Virus record (IMG/VR): IMGVR_UViG_3300012930_000001
Location: 1 to 64,000 of that record
From: a virus
Length of the DNA stretch: 64,000 nucleotides
Direction: 5' to 3' (one strand)
Part shown: positions 48,201 to 57,290 of the stretch, piece after piece
Layout: each line of letters begins with the position of its first letter
Position numbering within the stretch: the first letter of the stretch is position 1
The notes under the pieces: generated by a model
The model's input: only the letters and a program-made list of their open reading frames with translations
Told to the model about the DNA's origin: nothing
The model's database searches: none
Translations under genes and position numbers: made by a program

Positions 48201-51123
48201 AGGCAAAGCCGGTGCTTCGAATACCCGAACGCGAAACAGCATAGACCCGCCTCACTACCCTTGAGGATTGCATAGTTTCAGCAAACCCCAAGCTGTTAAT
48301 AAATGGTCGAATGACGTTTCCTAAATCATCCGTCACCTGATACCCGCCCACGTTCAAAGACGGGCTCGGGTCGAAATTGAAAGTGGCTATAACGCCGTCC
48401 CACAGCACTGTGATGTTCGACGGTGGGGCTGGTATCGACGCATCGCCCAAAAGGTCAAGGGCCGCATAGGGCTGCAGGCTGAACCCGCTGGAAACCCCTA
48501 GCTGTGTTTCCGCGACAACCCGCACGTAGTAGAACCCGTGGGGTGTGCTGAGAATCTCAAACACCCCGAGGCCGGTTGACGGGTCAGGTATTACGAACTG
48601 GTCAAGGGCTATCCAATCTGAAAAAGCGAACAGCCGAATAATGCCGGTGCCGTTGTCCGTGAAAGTGACCGGCGACCCGCCGAGGTCGTGAAGCTCGTAG
48701 GCCGTCCCTGTGAAAAAGAAAATGTACTGGGCGAACGGGTCAAGGCCCGCGGGCAATGCACCGCCCACAGGGGCCACAATGGACACAGGCAGCCCTACTA
48801 GGCCCGCGGCCAGACTACCGGCCGGGATGGTGAATTTGTCGGTAACGTTGTTTGGTACAACCACGTTGCCATCGCCGGGTAATTGCTTCCACCATATCCG
48901 CCCACGTTGATTCGGCTGCAGACTGAATTGCGCGGTGCCCTCAATGGTCGAAACAAAAGTGCCGTCGCGTAATTGGTGCCCGCTCTCGACAATCACAAGG
49001 CTGCTCACGGGCGGAGGTGGTAGAAAATTGGCGGAAATATTCGTGTGCCCCAGCGGTGTTACCATGCCGTGGTCGGTGTCGGAATAGTAGGTAGGCGTGA
49101 TTATTCGGACGTCGAAATTTCGGCCCTCAACATCGGAGTTTTCTTCGAATGCCTCGCGCAAGACCATGCACAAAGCCGGGGCACCCTCGGGGTATCCGGC
49201 CTCGGCGGATACTACATTTACAAAGTCGCCCTTGGCCACCTGAACCGAATCCAGAAAACCCTCTATTTGAAAACCAAACGGTAGGTCGGTTTTCAACCGC
49301 GCAAGGCTCTCACCTATTCGTTCCATCTGCGACTGTACCAGCACGCCATACGGCGTTATCGGCGTTTGATTTAGGCCGTAGGTCTGGCGGTGTTCGGGCC
49401 GGTCGGTGAAAACATATTTGGTGCGCAGCAAGGGGTCATCGGCATCGCGATAACTGAAACGGTAATAGTTCGGCGCGCTGCTTGGGTCGTTATTCAACAC
49501 ATTGATATGTGAGCAGTTCGTTGGCGTCGAAGAGCCGGGGTCCGCATTAAACGTAAAGACCGGCGTTCGGGCCGGGGTGGGTAGGACAACAATTTCGCCG
49601 TCGATATCTTGCCAGCTTGTGCCGGGCGCGAGGGCTATCTCCGTCTCGAAAACATCACCTACCGGGGTCGGGTCGGAGATTACCACTCCACCGCGGAACC
49701 GCGGAATGTCGCGCGGCTGTGCGTTTGTTCCAGCGGGCTGTATCAGGATGCCGTCAACGAATTGCCCTACGTTTGTACTCAACCGGATATCCGCGTAAAG
49801 GTCGACGGAGGGCTGGGCTGGAATGGTCAAGGTGATGGTAAGCGGAATGCTGTTGATATACGCCTTGAAAACTCCATATTCCCAGGCAATCTTTACCTTG
49901 TCGCTGGGGTTCACCTGCCCGGCTATTTGGGTGGTGATACCATTGGTTATCAGCAGTTGCCCGTTCGGTAAAATAATCACACCCCAGTGCGGAACCGACA
50001 CGCCCGCGGCATCTGTATGGAAGGCGGCCCCCATGTCACCAACTAGGTTGCCGTGGTAAGTGAATTCAGTCGAGAAATTGCCCTGCGGAAAAGGCTGTGT
50101 TACTGCCCGTCCCGTGCCTCCCGAGATACGAGTAAGTTTTGCAGTCAGTGGGTCGTATGTAACACCGCTCAGGGTTGGGAAACTGCTGGGCGTAGCTGGG
50201 GTATTATTCCCACCGACCCAGTGAATTATTCCATTGCAACGGTCGCGCCAGTCTATCCAGCTTGGAGCATGAAAACGCGAGTATGGACGGAGGCCGTCAT
50301 TCTTTAGAAAGTCTAAAGATATCAGAGCGTTGTTCGATGCCGAGATTGGAGGGCCGGTCGGAGCCAGCAGACCGCCCACAATATTGTGGTCGTACACCAG
50401 CTTTCCATCCATCACTATTTCGAGATTCGTTGGCTCATCGGTTCCGGTAGATAGCTCAACCGGCAACCTCATCTCGATATATGAAAGACCAGGAAACGGA
50501 AAATTAAGAGCCGGGAACATTTCCGGGCGGCCTTGTATCGGATCGAACAGACCGATATTATTCGCCGCGTAAACAAAAACCTTTGACGGCGTCCCGACAC
50601 CCACGCCCACGTCTGTAATGTCGACCACTCCGCCGCCGACAAATTCCAGCGTAAAGGTGTTGGTCGTGACATTTTTCACCACATACTGCGTGTGAACAAT
50701 CATCGGAGTAGGTAGTTTTGCGATGGCATCCGCGCCGCGTTTCTGAAACGCTACGAGGTCGTTATTCGCGTACCCGTGAGCCGGTGATGTGAATGTGTTT
50801 GTCGTAGCATTAACGACGGTGATTGGTTTGTAGGTTGGCGGCGTGGGAATGGTTCCGGGGTGGAATTTCCAATTGCGTACACCGCTGCTGTCGAACTCGG
50901 GAAGGTCGAACCCCGAGTACATTATCTTGATGAGTTTATTGCAGCCGGTATCGCCAATGAACCGGGCTCCCTTTGACAGAATCGCAAGGAACACTGTACG
51001 ACCACCAGTCCCGCCCGACACATACGCCACTAACCGGCCCTGCGTTGCACCTAGCCAATACAGCATTGGTGCCACGGGGTTGTTTTGGTCTCCTTCGCCT
51101 CGGAGTACAAATCTGCCTGCCAT
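45289..51123 (-). CDS. Giant tail fibre / host-specificity protein (1944 aa)
   Basis: Track ORF 45289..51174. ATG 51123 lies 4 nt after the upstream stop. The N-terminus resembles host-specificity (lambda J / GTA g15-type) proteins. The C-terminal third has many N.F.G..AG beta-helix-type repeats and the terminal ...LPAGNQGDVALATD...GGGAVKGPVFHNGVAWVAF. Confidence 0.85.
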   Translation of the reverse strand: MAGRFVLRGEGDQNNPVAPMLYWLGATQGRLVAYVSGGTGGRTVFLAILSKGARFIGDTGCNKLIKIMYSGFDLPEFDSSGVRNWKFHPGTIPTPPTYKPITVVNATTNTFTSPAHGYANNDLVAFQKRGADAIAKLPTPMIVHTQYVVKNVTTNTFTLEFVGGGVVDITDVGVGVGTPSKVFVYAANNIGLFDPIQGRPEMFPALNFPFPGLSYIEMRLPVELSTGTDEPTNLEIVMDGKLVYDHNIVGGLLAPTGPPISASNNALISLDFLKNDGLRPYSRFHAPSWIDWRDRCNGIIHWVGGNNTPATPSSFPTLSGVTYDPLTAKLTRISGGTGRAVTQPFPQGNFSTEFTYHGNLVGDMGAAFHTDAAGVSVPHWGVIILPNGQLLITNGITTQIAGQVNPSDKVKIAWEYGVFKAYINSIPLTITLTIPAQPSVDLYADIRLSTNVGQFVDGILIQPAGTNAQPRDIPRFRGGVVISDPTPVGDVFETEIALAPGTSWQDIDGEIVVLPTPARTPVFTFNADPGSSTPTNCSHINVLNNDPSSAPNYYRFSYRDADDPLLRTKYVFTDRPEHRQTYGLNQTPITPYGVLVQSQMERIGESLARLKTDLPFGFQIEGFLDSVQVAKGDFVNVVSAEAGYPEGAPALCMVLREAFEENSDVEGRNFDVRIITPTYYSDTDHGMVTPLGHTNISANFLPPPPVSSLVIVESGHQLRDGTFVSTIEGTAQFSLQPNQRGRIWWKQLPGDGNVVVPNNVTDKFTIPAGSLAAGLVGLPVSIVAPVGGALPAGLDPFAQYIFFFTGTAYELHDLGGSPVTFTDNGTGIIRLFAFSDWIALDQFVIPDPSTGLGVFEILSTPHGFYYVRVVAETQLGVSSGFSLQPYAALDLLGDASIPAPPSNITVLWDGVIATFNFDPSPSLNVGGYQVTDDLGNVIRPFINSLGFAETMQSSRVVRRVYAVSRSGIRSTGFASLTFSKPLPTNWINPVGGVVDPDGSFRKTATDGFGNCSIGINNDILTSETPAEILWNVNVVNKRKYFGVTEGAANGWNLADYRVGLKFLDDGTVTAIWALGVSSSLLGSYNVGEKWSLVFTPSGTRDSPTVSVVRRVLTGTAYVATTMFTFPAHALEYPARIVAGLYNVGSSYLPTFQIGGTLVPDIGVVPAITVLHNASYSFGDLAFVNLSDTLNGGVTQDFIEANHDGAFSFLTDGFSSQGYVMLDPNPIFTPPAPTGFHIWFKSDMTILVRNGATVLATLANQTALGDSWRFSREGGAIVIRRHGFGIQYVYTGGLATERLYLSASPLGGDFNQLAFFESTDSSNPAITNVQNVFMGKNRVDDIPQMSITNPQPGQVLQFKDTKLVINSFATLSAGSPVLSGGPNRILYEDGSSNLATNANFVFDGTNVGIGTASPTRRLHVKGTGTTSGVKNFQVDNSAGLQPFTIQGDGNVNIGATANPSNNSRVYILGGANGANVDVRGNAGSFVDQATIELEGNDYDTTVKSTYLLFRGSTYTGNYMTGVPNANLGVLLFGGNTSLIATDSTDLLFAPAFGEKGRWKAGGDFGIGTGSTVSAKLHVIKTTEQFRAGYDASNYCNIVVGSTGIATLDATGSAAQFVFNKRITVQSATVSTPDSTSIMIGPAPGGSYTGVRNTFIGNGSGANATSSDGNTCIGYQSGAAITTGFNNVIIGRGAGSSLNVGDSNIFIGLSCGASMLSDQYNVLIGYACAQNAAGVSSLVMIGKFAGLSITTGGANTFLGAGSGMVTTIGTDNTFVGVNAGAGNITSYNNTYVGSNAGAGATGLGNVFIGYQAGYFEAGNNKLYISNSTTSTPLIYGEFDNQVLYFTAQEIRQRYDASNYNKIVVGPSGAITYTAVGSGAKHTFANDVIFNTVARLQSYTVATLPAGNQGDVALATDLLAPGFLVVAAGGGAVKGPVFHNGVAWVAF

Positions 51124-51127
51124 AAAT

Positions 51128-52354
51128 TTATCCAGTCGGCCAATCGTAGGGTGAAATTTTATTGTGGCCCACAATGCCAGAGCCTGGTTTCGTACCGGCG
51201 ATGTAAAGCCGTCGTGAGCCTGAAAGAGATATTTTCAACACCCACCCGCTCGGGGCCGGTTCGAGTTTATACCGGCTGAGTGTTGGGCGCGTGCCGTATT
51301 CAATTACCCGTTGGTTTAAATCCTTTTTGGATTTTCCATATAGTTCGAGGGCCGGGGTTCCCGTCTCATCCTCAAGGCTAGTAATCAGCGGGTGGTCGAC
51401 GCTACAAATCACCTGTGCACCGCCCGAGGCAGTCACTAGATACCGGTATTCAGCCCAAAGCCTTTCGACATGTGTAACGAGCCCTATACGTCCGCGTTGG
51501 TCTAATAAAGCCACACCCTCTTTCACATTTTCGCCGCCGCGCCAAAGACCGTCCGAGAATAGCCACCAACCGGCCTCATCACAACACCCGCCCTGACCAC
51601 CACCGCCGCCTCCGGGGTTGATATCACCGCCGCCCAGTGGCCCGCCGTATCCGGGTACAGCATTCGGGTTGAAAAACGACACGCCTTGAAACGTCGCCTC
51701 TTGACCCCAAAATATACAGCCGTTGTCCACATCATCGAATACCAGTGAACATGTTGAGCCGCCCGGAATATTCGTATCGTTCGCGGCCCCGCACCATGAT
51801 CGGCGTAATGGGTCGATTACCTGAAAGACATTCAAACACCGTTGGGTTAATTCGTGGCTGCCCATCAAAACACTCTTGTCAGTAATGTCGGATACGTAGG
51901 ACAGGTGCGCCACCTGATCGTCACCCTCAGTCAGTCGCAAAAACCCTTTACCGAATATCTGACCCTCATAGCTGCCATCATCTTTCGGGTAGCAGATGTA
52001 TCCGATAATTTCCGCCCTATCCAACACCCGTGGAACTTCCGGAATAATGGCACTCAACAGGTAGTCGAGATTGATAGCGTCAAACACACCCGACCCATCA
52101 GCGGTGCTGTCTTGCGAATAAAATATTTCCGGCACGGCGGAAAGCTTTCCCGTGTAGGTTTGGGCGGGTGCAAACGCAACACTGGCCCCGCGATAGGTCC
52201 ACGTGGAGAGGGTTAAATCCTTTGTTCCAAGTCGGAGGTTGCCGCCAGTGCGGAGCGTAATATCGAGTGCGAATTCCGTGTTATACACTCGATTGTCCGC
52301 AGCGGCCCGGTCGGCAAAAAAGGAAGTTAGAAATGGTGAAAGCAGTCTACCCAT
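51128..52354 (-). CDS. Tail hub/distal tail protein with C-terminal Hint-like domain
   Basis: Lies between the tape measure and the fibre. After a Gly run it reads CCDEAGWW...VICSVDHPLIT...LYIAGTKPGSGIVGHN-KISPYDWPTG. Confidence 0.7.
   Translation of the reverse strand: MGRLLSPFLTSFFADRAAADNRVYNTEFALDITLRTGGNLRLGTKDLTLSTWTYRGASVAFAPAQTYTGKLSAVPEIFYSQDSTADGSGVFDAINLDYLLSAIIPEVPRVLDRAEIIGYICYPKDDGSYEGQIFGKGFLRLTEGDDQVAHLSYVSDITDKSVLMGSHELTQRCLNVFQVIDPLRRSWCGAANDTNIPGGSTCSLVFDDVDNGCIFWGQEATFQGVSFFNPNAVPGYGGPLGGGDINPGGGGGGQGGCCDEAGWWLFSDGLWRGGENVKEGVALLDQRGRIGLVTHVERLWAEYRYLVTASGGAQVICSVDHPLITSLEDETGTPALELYGKSKKDLNQRVIEYGTRPTLSRYKLEPAPSGWVLKISLSGSRRLYIAGTKPGSGIVGHNKISPYDWPTG
52127..52142. repeat. 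Palindrome, one mismatch (TTCCGGCACGGCGGAA)
   Basis: Read directly. Encodes S-A-V-P-E. Confidence 0.6.
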
Positions 52355-52360
52355 TTTGTA

Positions 52361-55300
52361 TTAAAAATCCCCCGCTAAACCCTTCTCGATTACGTTGAGA
52401 AGTTTGTTGTCCTGACCATATCGAATAGCAACCTTGACTTTTGTAGCGACCGTCTTAGACCGAGAATTATTTACCCAGGCATCCGCCGTGTCTTCATCCG
52501 CAAAAGCTATCACCTGAATGTTCGGCTGTGCGTTGCCGCCGCCGCTCATGTTCGGAGAGTACGCGTTATAGGCTGAGTTTGCATTGCTGCTGCTAGCCGG
52601 GCCGTTGGCCATTCCGGCCCCACGGACCCCGGCCCGCTTCATAGCAATATTTCCGCCGAGTGCGAAATAATTCATCGGCGTAATTACGGTTTCCCGTTTA
52701 TTGAACAGTCCCACCACGTTGTCATCCGAGTTAGCCCGACTGGTCGCGGATAGCTGTGAAACATAATCAACCGAACCGCCTTGCGCGAACGTAGGTACGA
52801 ATGCATTTTGCTGAGCCTTAGCATAATCGGCCCGAGCCCCTTCGGTTTTAATTTGCTCAATCATTTGGTCGAGTTCACGGACAGTTGCCAATGCAATGTT
52901 CCGGGTCTTTTTATCTTTCAACGCGCTCACCTGTTGAATATAGCTATCTCGTATTGTCTGAGCCTGAGCCAATGCCGAGGTTGAGTCGAGATTGCCACCA
53001 CGGAGGGCGTCGATAATGGCCTGCATTTGCTTTTTGGAGTCGGTGAGAATTGTGGTTCTCTCTACCTCTTCCTGTCTGCGTAATTTTGTGCGGTTTATAT
53101 ATCCAGCAATCAAACCAACCAACCCGCCCATCGCTAAGCCTTTCAGCGGCGAACTTGCGTGCAACGACGCTATGAAAAGACCAATCACAGCCGATACGCC
53201 TAAAGTGGAGACAGCAGAACCGATACCTTGAGCAGAAAGCAACCCGCCCAACCCGCCGCCGCCCGGACTTCCGCTTGGGGGTGTGATACCTGCGCCAAGA
53301 GGAATGCCAAAGCGATTTCCGCCGCTTGTATCCAGACCAAGCAGATGTTGAATTTGTGACGCGGAAACCTGAGAACCACTCGAACCGCTAGAACCTAGGC
53401 CACCGATAAACGGCGGAGTACCACTCGGCGCACCACCTCCAAAAATTCCACCCAGGCCTCCAAGTATTTGGCCGAGGATGCCTCCGCCTCCGCTTGCGGC
53501 TGTAGCCACTGGACTGCTTTCCGGGAAAAGCAACTTCATAAAGATTTTGTTTACGGCCAGCTTTAGAACGTCCGCAAGTATTGACCCCAAAATCGACCCA
53601 ATGAATGGTAGCTTTGCAGTCAACTTCGAAGTGAGTTGATCGATGCCTCCATATACCTTGTCGACTATTCCTATCTTTGCATCGGCATAGATATCCGTCA
53701 TCGACTTTACCGAGGCAATGTGCTGCAACACCGCCGCGTTCGCCTTATCGTAATGAATGGTTTGAGAATCGTTGATCCGTACCAAGGCGGCGGCGGCGTC
53801 TTGCTGGGCGGAAAGGTCTTCTTGATGGATTTTGAAGATTTCCTTCTCAGTCGATAGGCGAACAAAAAGAGCCTGGTTAACCTCGGCCATCGCCTCCTGG
53901 TCGTGGAGGTCCGACATTTGTTTTTCGAGGTCAAACCGTTCCGCCGCGGCTTGGTTCGCCCGGCGTTGCTGAACAAAATCACTGTCGGCATTTTGCTTTT
54001 GCAAAAGCAGCATATCCCGCTGGATATTTTTCTGCTCATTGATTTGGTCGGTCTTCGATTGCTCGAATTTTTCTATCGCTTCCTCTGCAGCTAACCGGCC
54101 TTTTGCTACCCCGAGGTCAATTTTATTTTGCGCGAGGGCATCCCGTCGATTAACAGCCTGACTCTCCAAAATAGTGCTGATTGCGGCCAGCGCATTTCGT
54201 TCTTTCAATACGGTCAATTCAACGTTGTTTTCGATGTTCAGCCCTTCACGCAAACTGTTGAGATATTCCGCGTCCGGTGTCATCCGGGCCAGCGGTGTCA
54301 TTTCATTTACACCCGAGTTCGGCCCGGCCTCTACAATACCGCTCGGCCTCTGCATCATCAATGCTTTGGCGTATGGAGCTAGCGTACCGCGTTGGAATCG
54401 AGCATCGCCGGATACCTTGCCCAGTGCGCCGATTTCCTTCATATACGAAATGCCCGCGGGGTGCTGTTGCTCATATTTATTTATTCGCTCGGTATCGCCT
54501 GTGGCAAGGATTTTCTGAAATTTCCGGGCCGCACCTTCGCCATTGTGATAGGCGAACGCTGCCAGTTCCCAATCGCCAAACTCATCAAAGAGTTTGTCCA
54601 TGTAAATGCCCCAAGCACTAAGGGCAGTCTTGGTGTTCGAGGTCAATTCCTTACCCGTCACGTTGCGGTGCAACAGTCTGCTGGCCGTGGCTGGTAGTTG
54701 TTGGGTAAGTCCGTATGCACTTGAACCCACGTTTGTATTAAATGGCGAAACCGCGCCCGGCTTAAACGTGGACTCGCTGAATATCTGAGCCAACGCGATA
54801 CCCTCAGGAATACCGTACTGGGCCGCAGAGGCTAGGATTTGCTGTTTCAGCGGGTCGGGTAGTTTCCTCAGGGCCGCCTGAAAATCGGCCATTGTTTTAT
54901 CGGACAAGGCCCGCTTCATGGCAGCATCCAATTTCGTGCTGTGGCTTGTGACGTCAGGCACCGCGCCCGGTACTTCCATGACATCGCCCGGTCTGCCCCG
55001 ACCACCTAGCTCTGCGCCGATATGCCCAACCGGATTGTTCATTCGTTGAACTGCTTTTAAATAATCAGCTTCGGCTTGATCGCTAGCTTTGTTCCACTTT
55101 TCCCACATGTCTGCAAAGCTTGTACCGTCGCCTTGACCAGTCATTTTTAACAAAGCATTGTTCACCAACTCAACTGATGCAACAAAATCACGAGTGAGCA
55201 ATACGGCATTGTTTATCATAATGCCGACCGTTTTACCCCACGCCTTCCACTCATCTTGATTTCGACCTAATGAATCGCTGAGTATTTGCAGTTCAGTTGT

Positions 55301-56497
55301 CACCATCGGGCCGTAGGTCAAGGCGAATTTATCAACCGCAAGACCTAGTTGAACCTCAACGGTATGGAGGGTTTTATTGAATTCCTCAGCGGCCCTAACA
55401 TCGTCCTCCGACAGAACAACACCCATCGCCTTGGCGTTTTTAATAGCATCCAAAAATCCCCCGCTCATTTTATCCAGCAACGGCAACATGTTTCGAACGC
55501 CTCGGGAACCGAAAGCAAGGGTAGCCTCTTTGGTCCGCTCGATTGCATCCGTATTCGCGTTGATGTGGGTAACAGCCTGATCGAAAGCTTTATCTACATC
55601 TGTCAGGTCTTTCACACCCAACCGGCGTAAAGATTCCGAGGCCTTGTCGGAACCGCCACGGGCGTCTGCCAGCAAAACAGTAAACGTCTTCATGGGTAGC
55701 GTCAGATTATCCAAACTGCTACCGATGAGTTTTGCGTTGAAGTCGAGAGTAGAAACAGCCTCGGCGGATAGGCCGGTAAGCAGACTCATCTTGTGAAACG
55801 ATTCGCCGGTTTCCGCAGCATGGTGTAACAGTTCAAACAACACCGTACCCAGCCCCGCGGCCGCAACCGTCACCGCCGCGATACCGCCCAGTGCAACACC
55901 CGCGGAACCGGCTGAGCCCAACCCGGTCAAGGCGTTTGCAAATGACGTGATGCGGGATGCGGCCCCGCTCATTTTGCTACCCGTGAATTCCGAGGCAAGA
56001 TTGCTGGCCTCGCGGGCCGCTTCCTTTATACCCTCTTTCGCTTTGGCAAATTCAGACTCCGCGACGTGGCCGAATGCCTTGGCGCCGGTCGATCCCTTTC
56101 CAATTTCGTTTATAAACCCGGTCGCGTATCGCTTGGCCTCGCGTATCTCAAAATCGGTATTGGTTTTGACAGACGCGGCTATAGCAAGGGTACTGGCAGC
56201 GTGGTTGGCTGCAACGCGTTTGGCACTCGCTGCAACCTCTTTTTCCATATCGGATAGGCCAGCCTTCGTTGCCTGAACCGCCACGGGTGAAGCGACGGCC
56301 AGGCCCGCAAAAGCATTCGATACACTACTCGGCCCGCCCGAGCCGATGGTTGCAAAGATGGCGTTCATTCGGATGGCGTGTGCCTTGGCTTCGGTTTCGA
56401 TTAGCGCGAACTGCCGGGTGACACCGGCCACACCCGCCGCCGCGGTCGAACTGTTTATAATTATGTTTATAACAGCCGAAGCCGTTGCACTCTGCAT
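52361..56497 (-). CDS. Tape measure protein with internal lytic transglycosylase (SLT) domain
   Basis: 1378 aa, Ala/Gly-rich helical protein upstream of the hub. AAQYGIPEGIALAQIFSESTFKPGAVS...SSAYGLTQQ. Confidence 0.9.
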   Translation of the reverse strand: MQSATASAVINIIINSSTAAAGVAGVTRQFALIETEAKAHAIRMNAIFATIGSGGPSSVSNAFAGLAVASPVAVQATKAGLSDMEKEVAASAKRVAANHAASTLAIAASVKTNTDFEIREAKRYATGFINEIGKGSTGAKAFGHVAESEFAKAKEGIKEAAREASNLASEFTGSKMSGAASRITSFANALTGLGSAGSAGVALGGIAAVTVAAAGLGTVLFELLHHAAETGESFHKMSLLTGLSAEAVSTLDFNAKLIGSSLDNLTLPMKTFTVLLADARGGSDKASESLRRLGVKDLTDVDKAFDQAVTHINANTDAIERTKEATLAFGSRGVRNMLPLLDKMSGGFLDAIKNAKAMGVVLSEDDVRAAEEFNKTLHTVEVQLGLAVDKFALTYGPMVTTELQILSDSLGRNQDEWKAWGKTVGIMINNAVLLTRDFVASVELVNNALLKMTGQGDGTSFADMWEKWNKASDQAEADYLKAVQRMNNPVGHIGAELGGRGRPGDVMEVPGAVPDVTSHSTKLDAAMKRALSDKTMADFQAALRKLPDPLKQQILASAAQYGIPEGIALAQIFSESTFKPGAVSPFNTNVGSSAYGLTQQLPATASRLLHRNVTGKELTSNTKTALSAWGIYMDKLFDEFGDWELAAFAYHNGEGAARKFQKILATGDTERINKYEQQHPAGISYMKEIGALGKVSGDARFQRGTLAPYAKALMMQRPSGIVEAGPNSGVNEMTPLARMTPDAEYLNSLREGLNIENNVELTVLKERNALAAISTILESQAVNRRDALAQNKIDLGVAKGRLAAEEAIEKFEQSKTDQINEQKNIQRDMLLLQKQNADSDFVQQRRANQAAAERFDLEKQMSDLHDQEAMAEVNQALFVRLSTEKEIFKIHQEDLSAQQDAAAALVRINDSQTIHYDKANAAVLQHIASVKSMTDIYADAKIGIVDKVYGGIDQLTSKLTAKLPFIGSILGSILADVLKLAVNKIFMKLLFPESSPVATAASGGGGILGQILGGLGGIFGGGAPSGTPPFIGGLGSSGSSGSQVSASQIQHLLGLDTSGGNRFGIPLGAGITPPSGSPGGGGLGGLLSAQGIGSAVSTLGVSAVIGLFIASLHASSPLKGLAMGGLVGLIAGYINRTKLRRQEEVERTTILTDSKKQMQAIIDALRGGNLDSTSALAQAQTIRDSYIQQVSALKDKKTRNIALATVRELDQMIEQIKTEGARADYAKAQQNAFVPTFAQGGSVDYVSQLSATSRANSDDNVVGLFNKRETVITPMNYFALGGNIAMKRAGVRGAGMANGPASSSNANSAYNAYSPNMSGGGNAQPNIQVIAFADEDTADAWVNNSRSKTVATKVKVAIRYGQDNKLLNVIEKGLAGDF

Positions 56498-56501
56498 ACC
56501 T

Positions 56502-56708
56502 TCACTCCCTCTCTAATACTGCTGATATCTCTCGAAGTTTTACGGCCATCCTTAAAATAATAGTGAGATGTGGGTCGTCTTGTATTAATTCGAAAGCTTT
56601 CTTGATTGACAGCCGATGTTCTTCAATCTCGAACGTCATGTCTCGGATAATGAGACTCCCACGGGTGAGAGGGTTGATGATTTCTAATAATTTTTCATCA
56701 TTATCCAT
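56502..56708 (-). CDS. Small protein upstream of the tape measure (68 aa; tail assembly chaperone candidate)
   Basis: ATG 56708 is preceded by GGAAGAAGGA. Call is by position only. Confidence 0.5.
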   Translation of the reverse strand: MDNDEKLLEIINPLTRGSLIIRDMTFEIEEHRLSIKKAFELIQDDPHLTIILRMAVKLREISAVLERE

Positions 56709-56712
56709 TGTT

Positions 56713-57270
56713 TCATCCTTCTTCCGAGTGAATCCGCATAAACTCAATTATTTCACTTGGTAAATGCGGTTGCTGGTCAAGTATCCGTTCCCAGTCCGGC
56801 TTTTCCTCCGCGGCCTCGCGCGCCTCGCGTATCCTACGTTCGAGACCGGCGAAGGCGTCCGAATCACCACCATCGGTAAACGACCGGCCATTTTCCCCGG
56901 CCTCGCGCTCTTCGGGAGTTTCGGCGGATATTTCGTTTTCAGCAACGCGGAAAGCCCTCTCAGCCGCCTTGTAAGCTTCAATGGCCCACCCCGGTAGCGT
57001 GCGTTCATAATATCCGAATTGACTTCTGAGTTCGCCAAGTCTTGACTCCCGCAATATCATCGCCGCCTCAAACATACCGTTATATTCTAGCGGCGTGGTT
57101 CCCTCTTTCGTCCAGTAGAATTTGCAGCGGCCCGGCTTGCAATAAGTCTCAAGCGTTTCGCTGGGCATTTTCGAGAGGACACCATCAAGAGGGTCGGTCT
57201 GACATAGGATTTCACCTGGGCAGCGTTCTTTGGGTTTCAGCCGAAAAGTCGAGCGCGCTCTGTTCAGCAT
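56713..57270 (-). CDS. Tail-module protein (185 aa; tail assembly chaperone candidate)
   Basis: Call is by position only. Confidence 0.55.
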   Translation of the reverse strand: MLNRARSTFRLKPKERCPGEILCQTDPLDGVLSKMPSETLETYCKPGRCKFYWTKEGTTPLEYNGMFEAAMILRESRLGELRSQFGYYERTLPGWAIEAYKAAERAFRVAENEISAETPEEREAGENGRSFTDGGDSDAFAGLERRIREAREAAEEKPDWERILDQQPHLPSEIIEFMRIHSEEG

Positions 57271-57290
57271 GAATTCCTCGAACGCTTTGA

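Noticed and set aside
56502-57270. Programmed translational frameshift between the two ORFs upstream of the tape measure (G/GT-type)
   Set aside because: The downstream ORF is in the +1 frame relative to the upstream one, and that frame is open for only 12 codons before its own ATG. I found no XXXYYYZ slippery heptamer there, and the ATG has its own SD. Independent initiation is simpler. This is not excluded experimentally.
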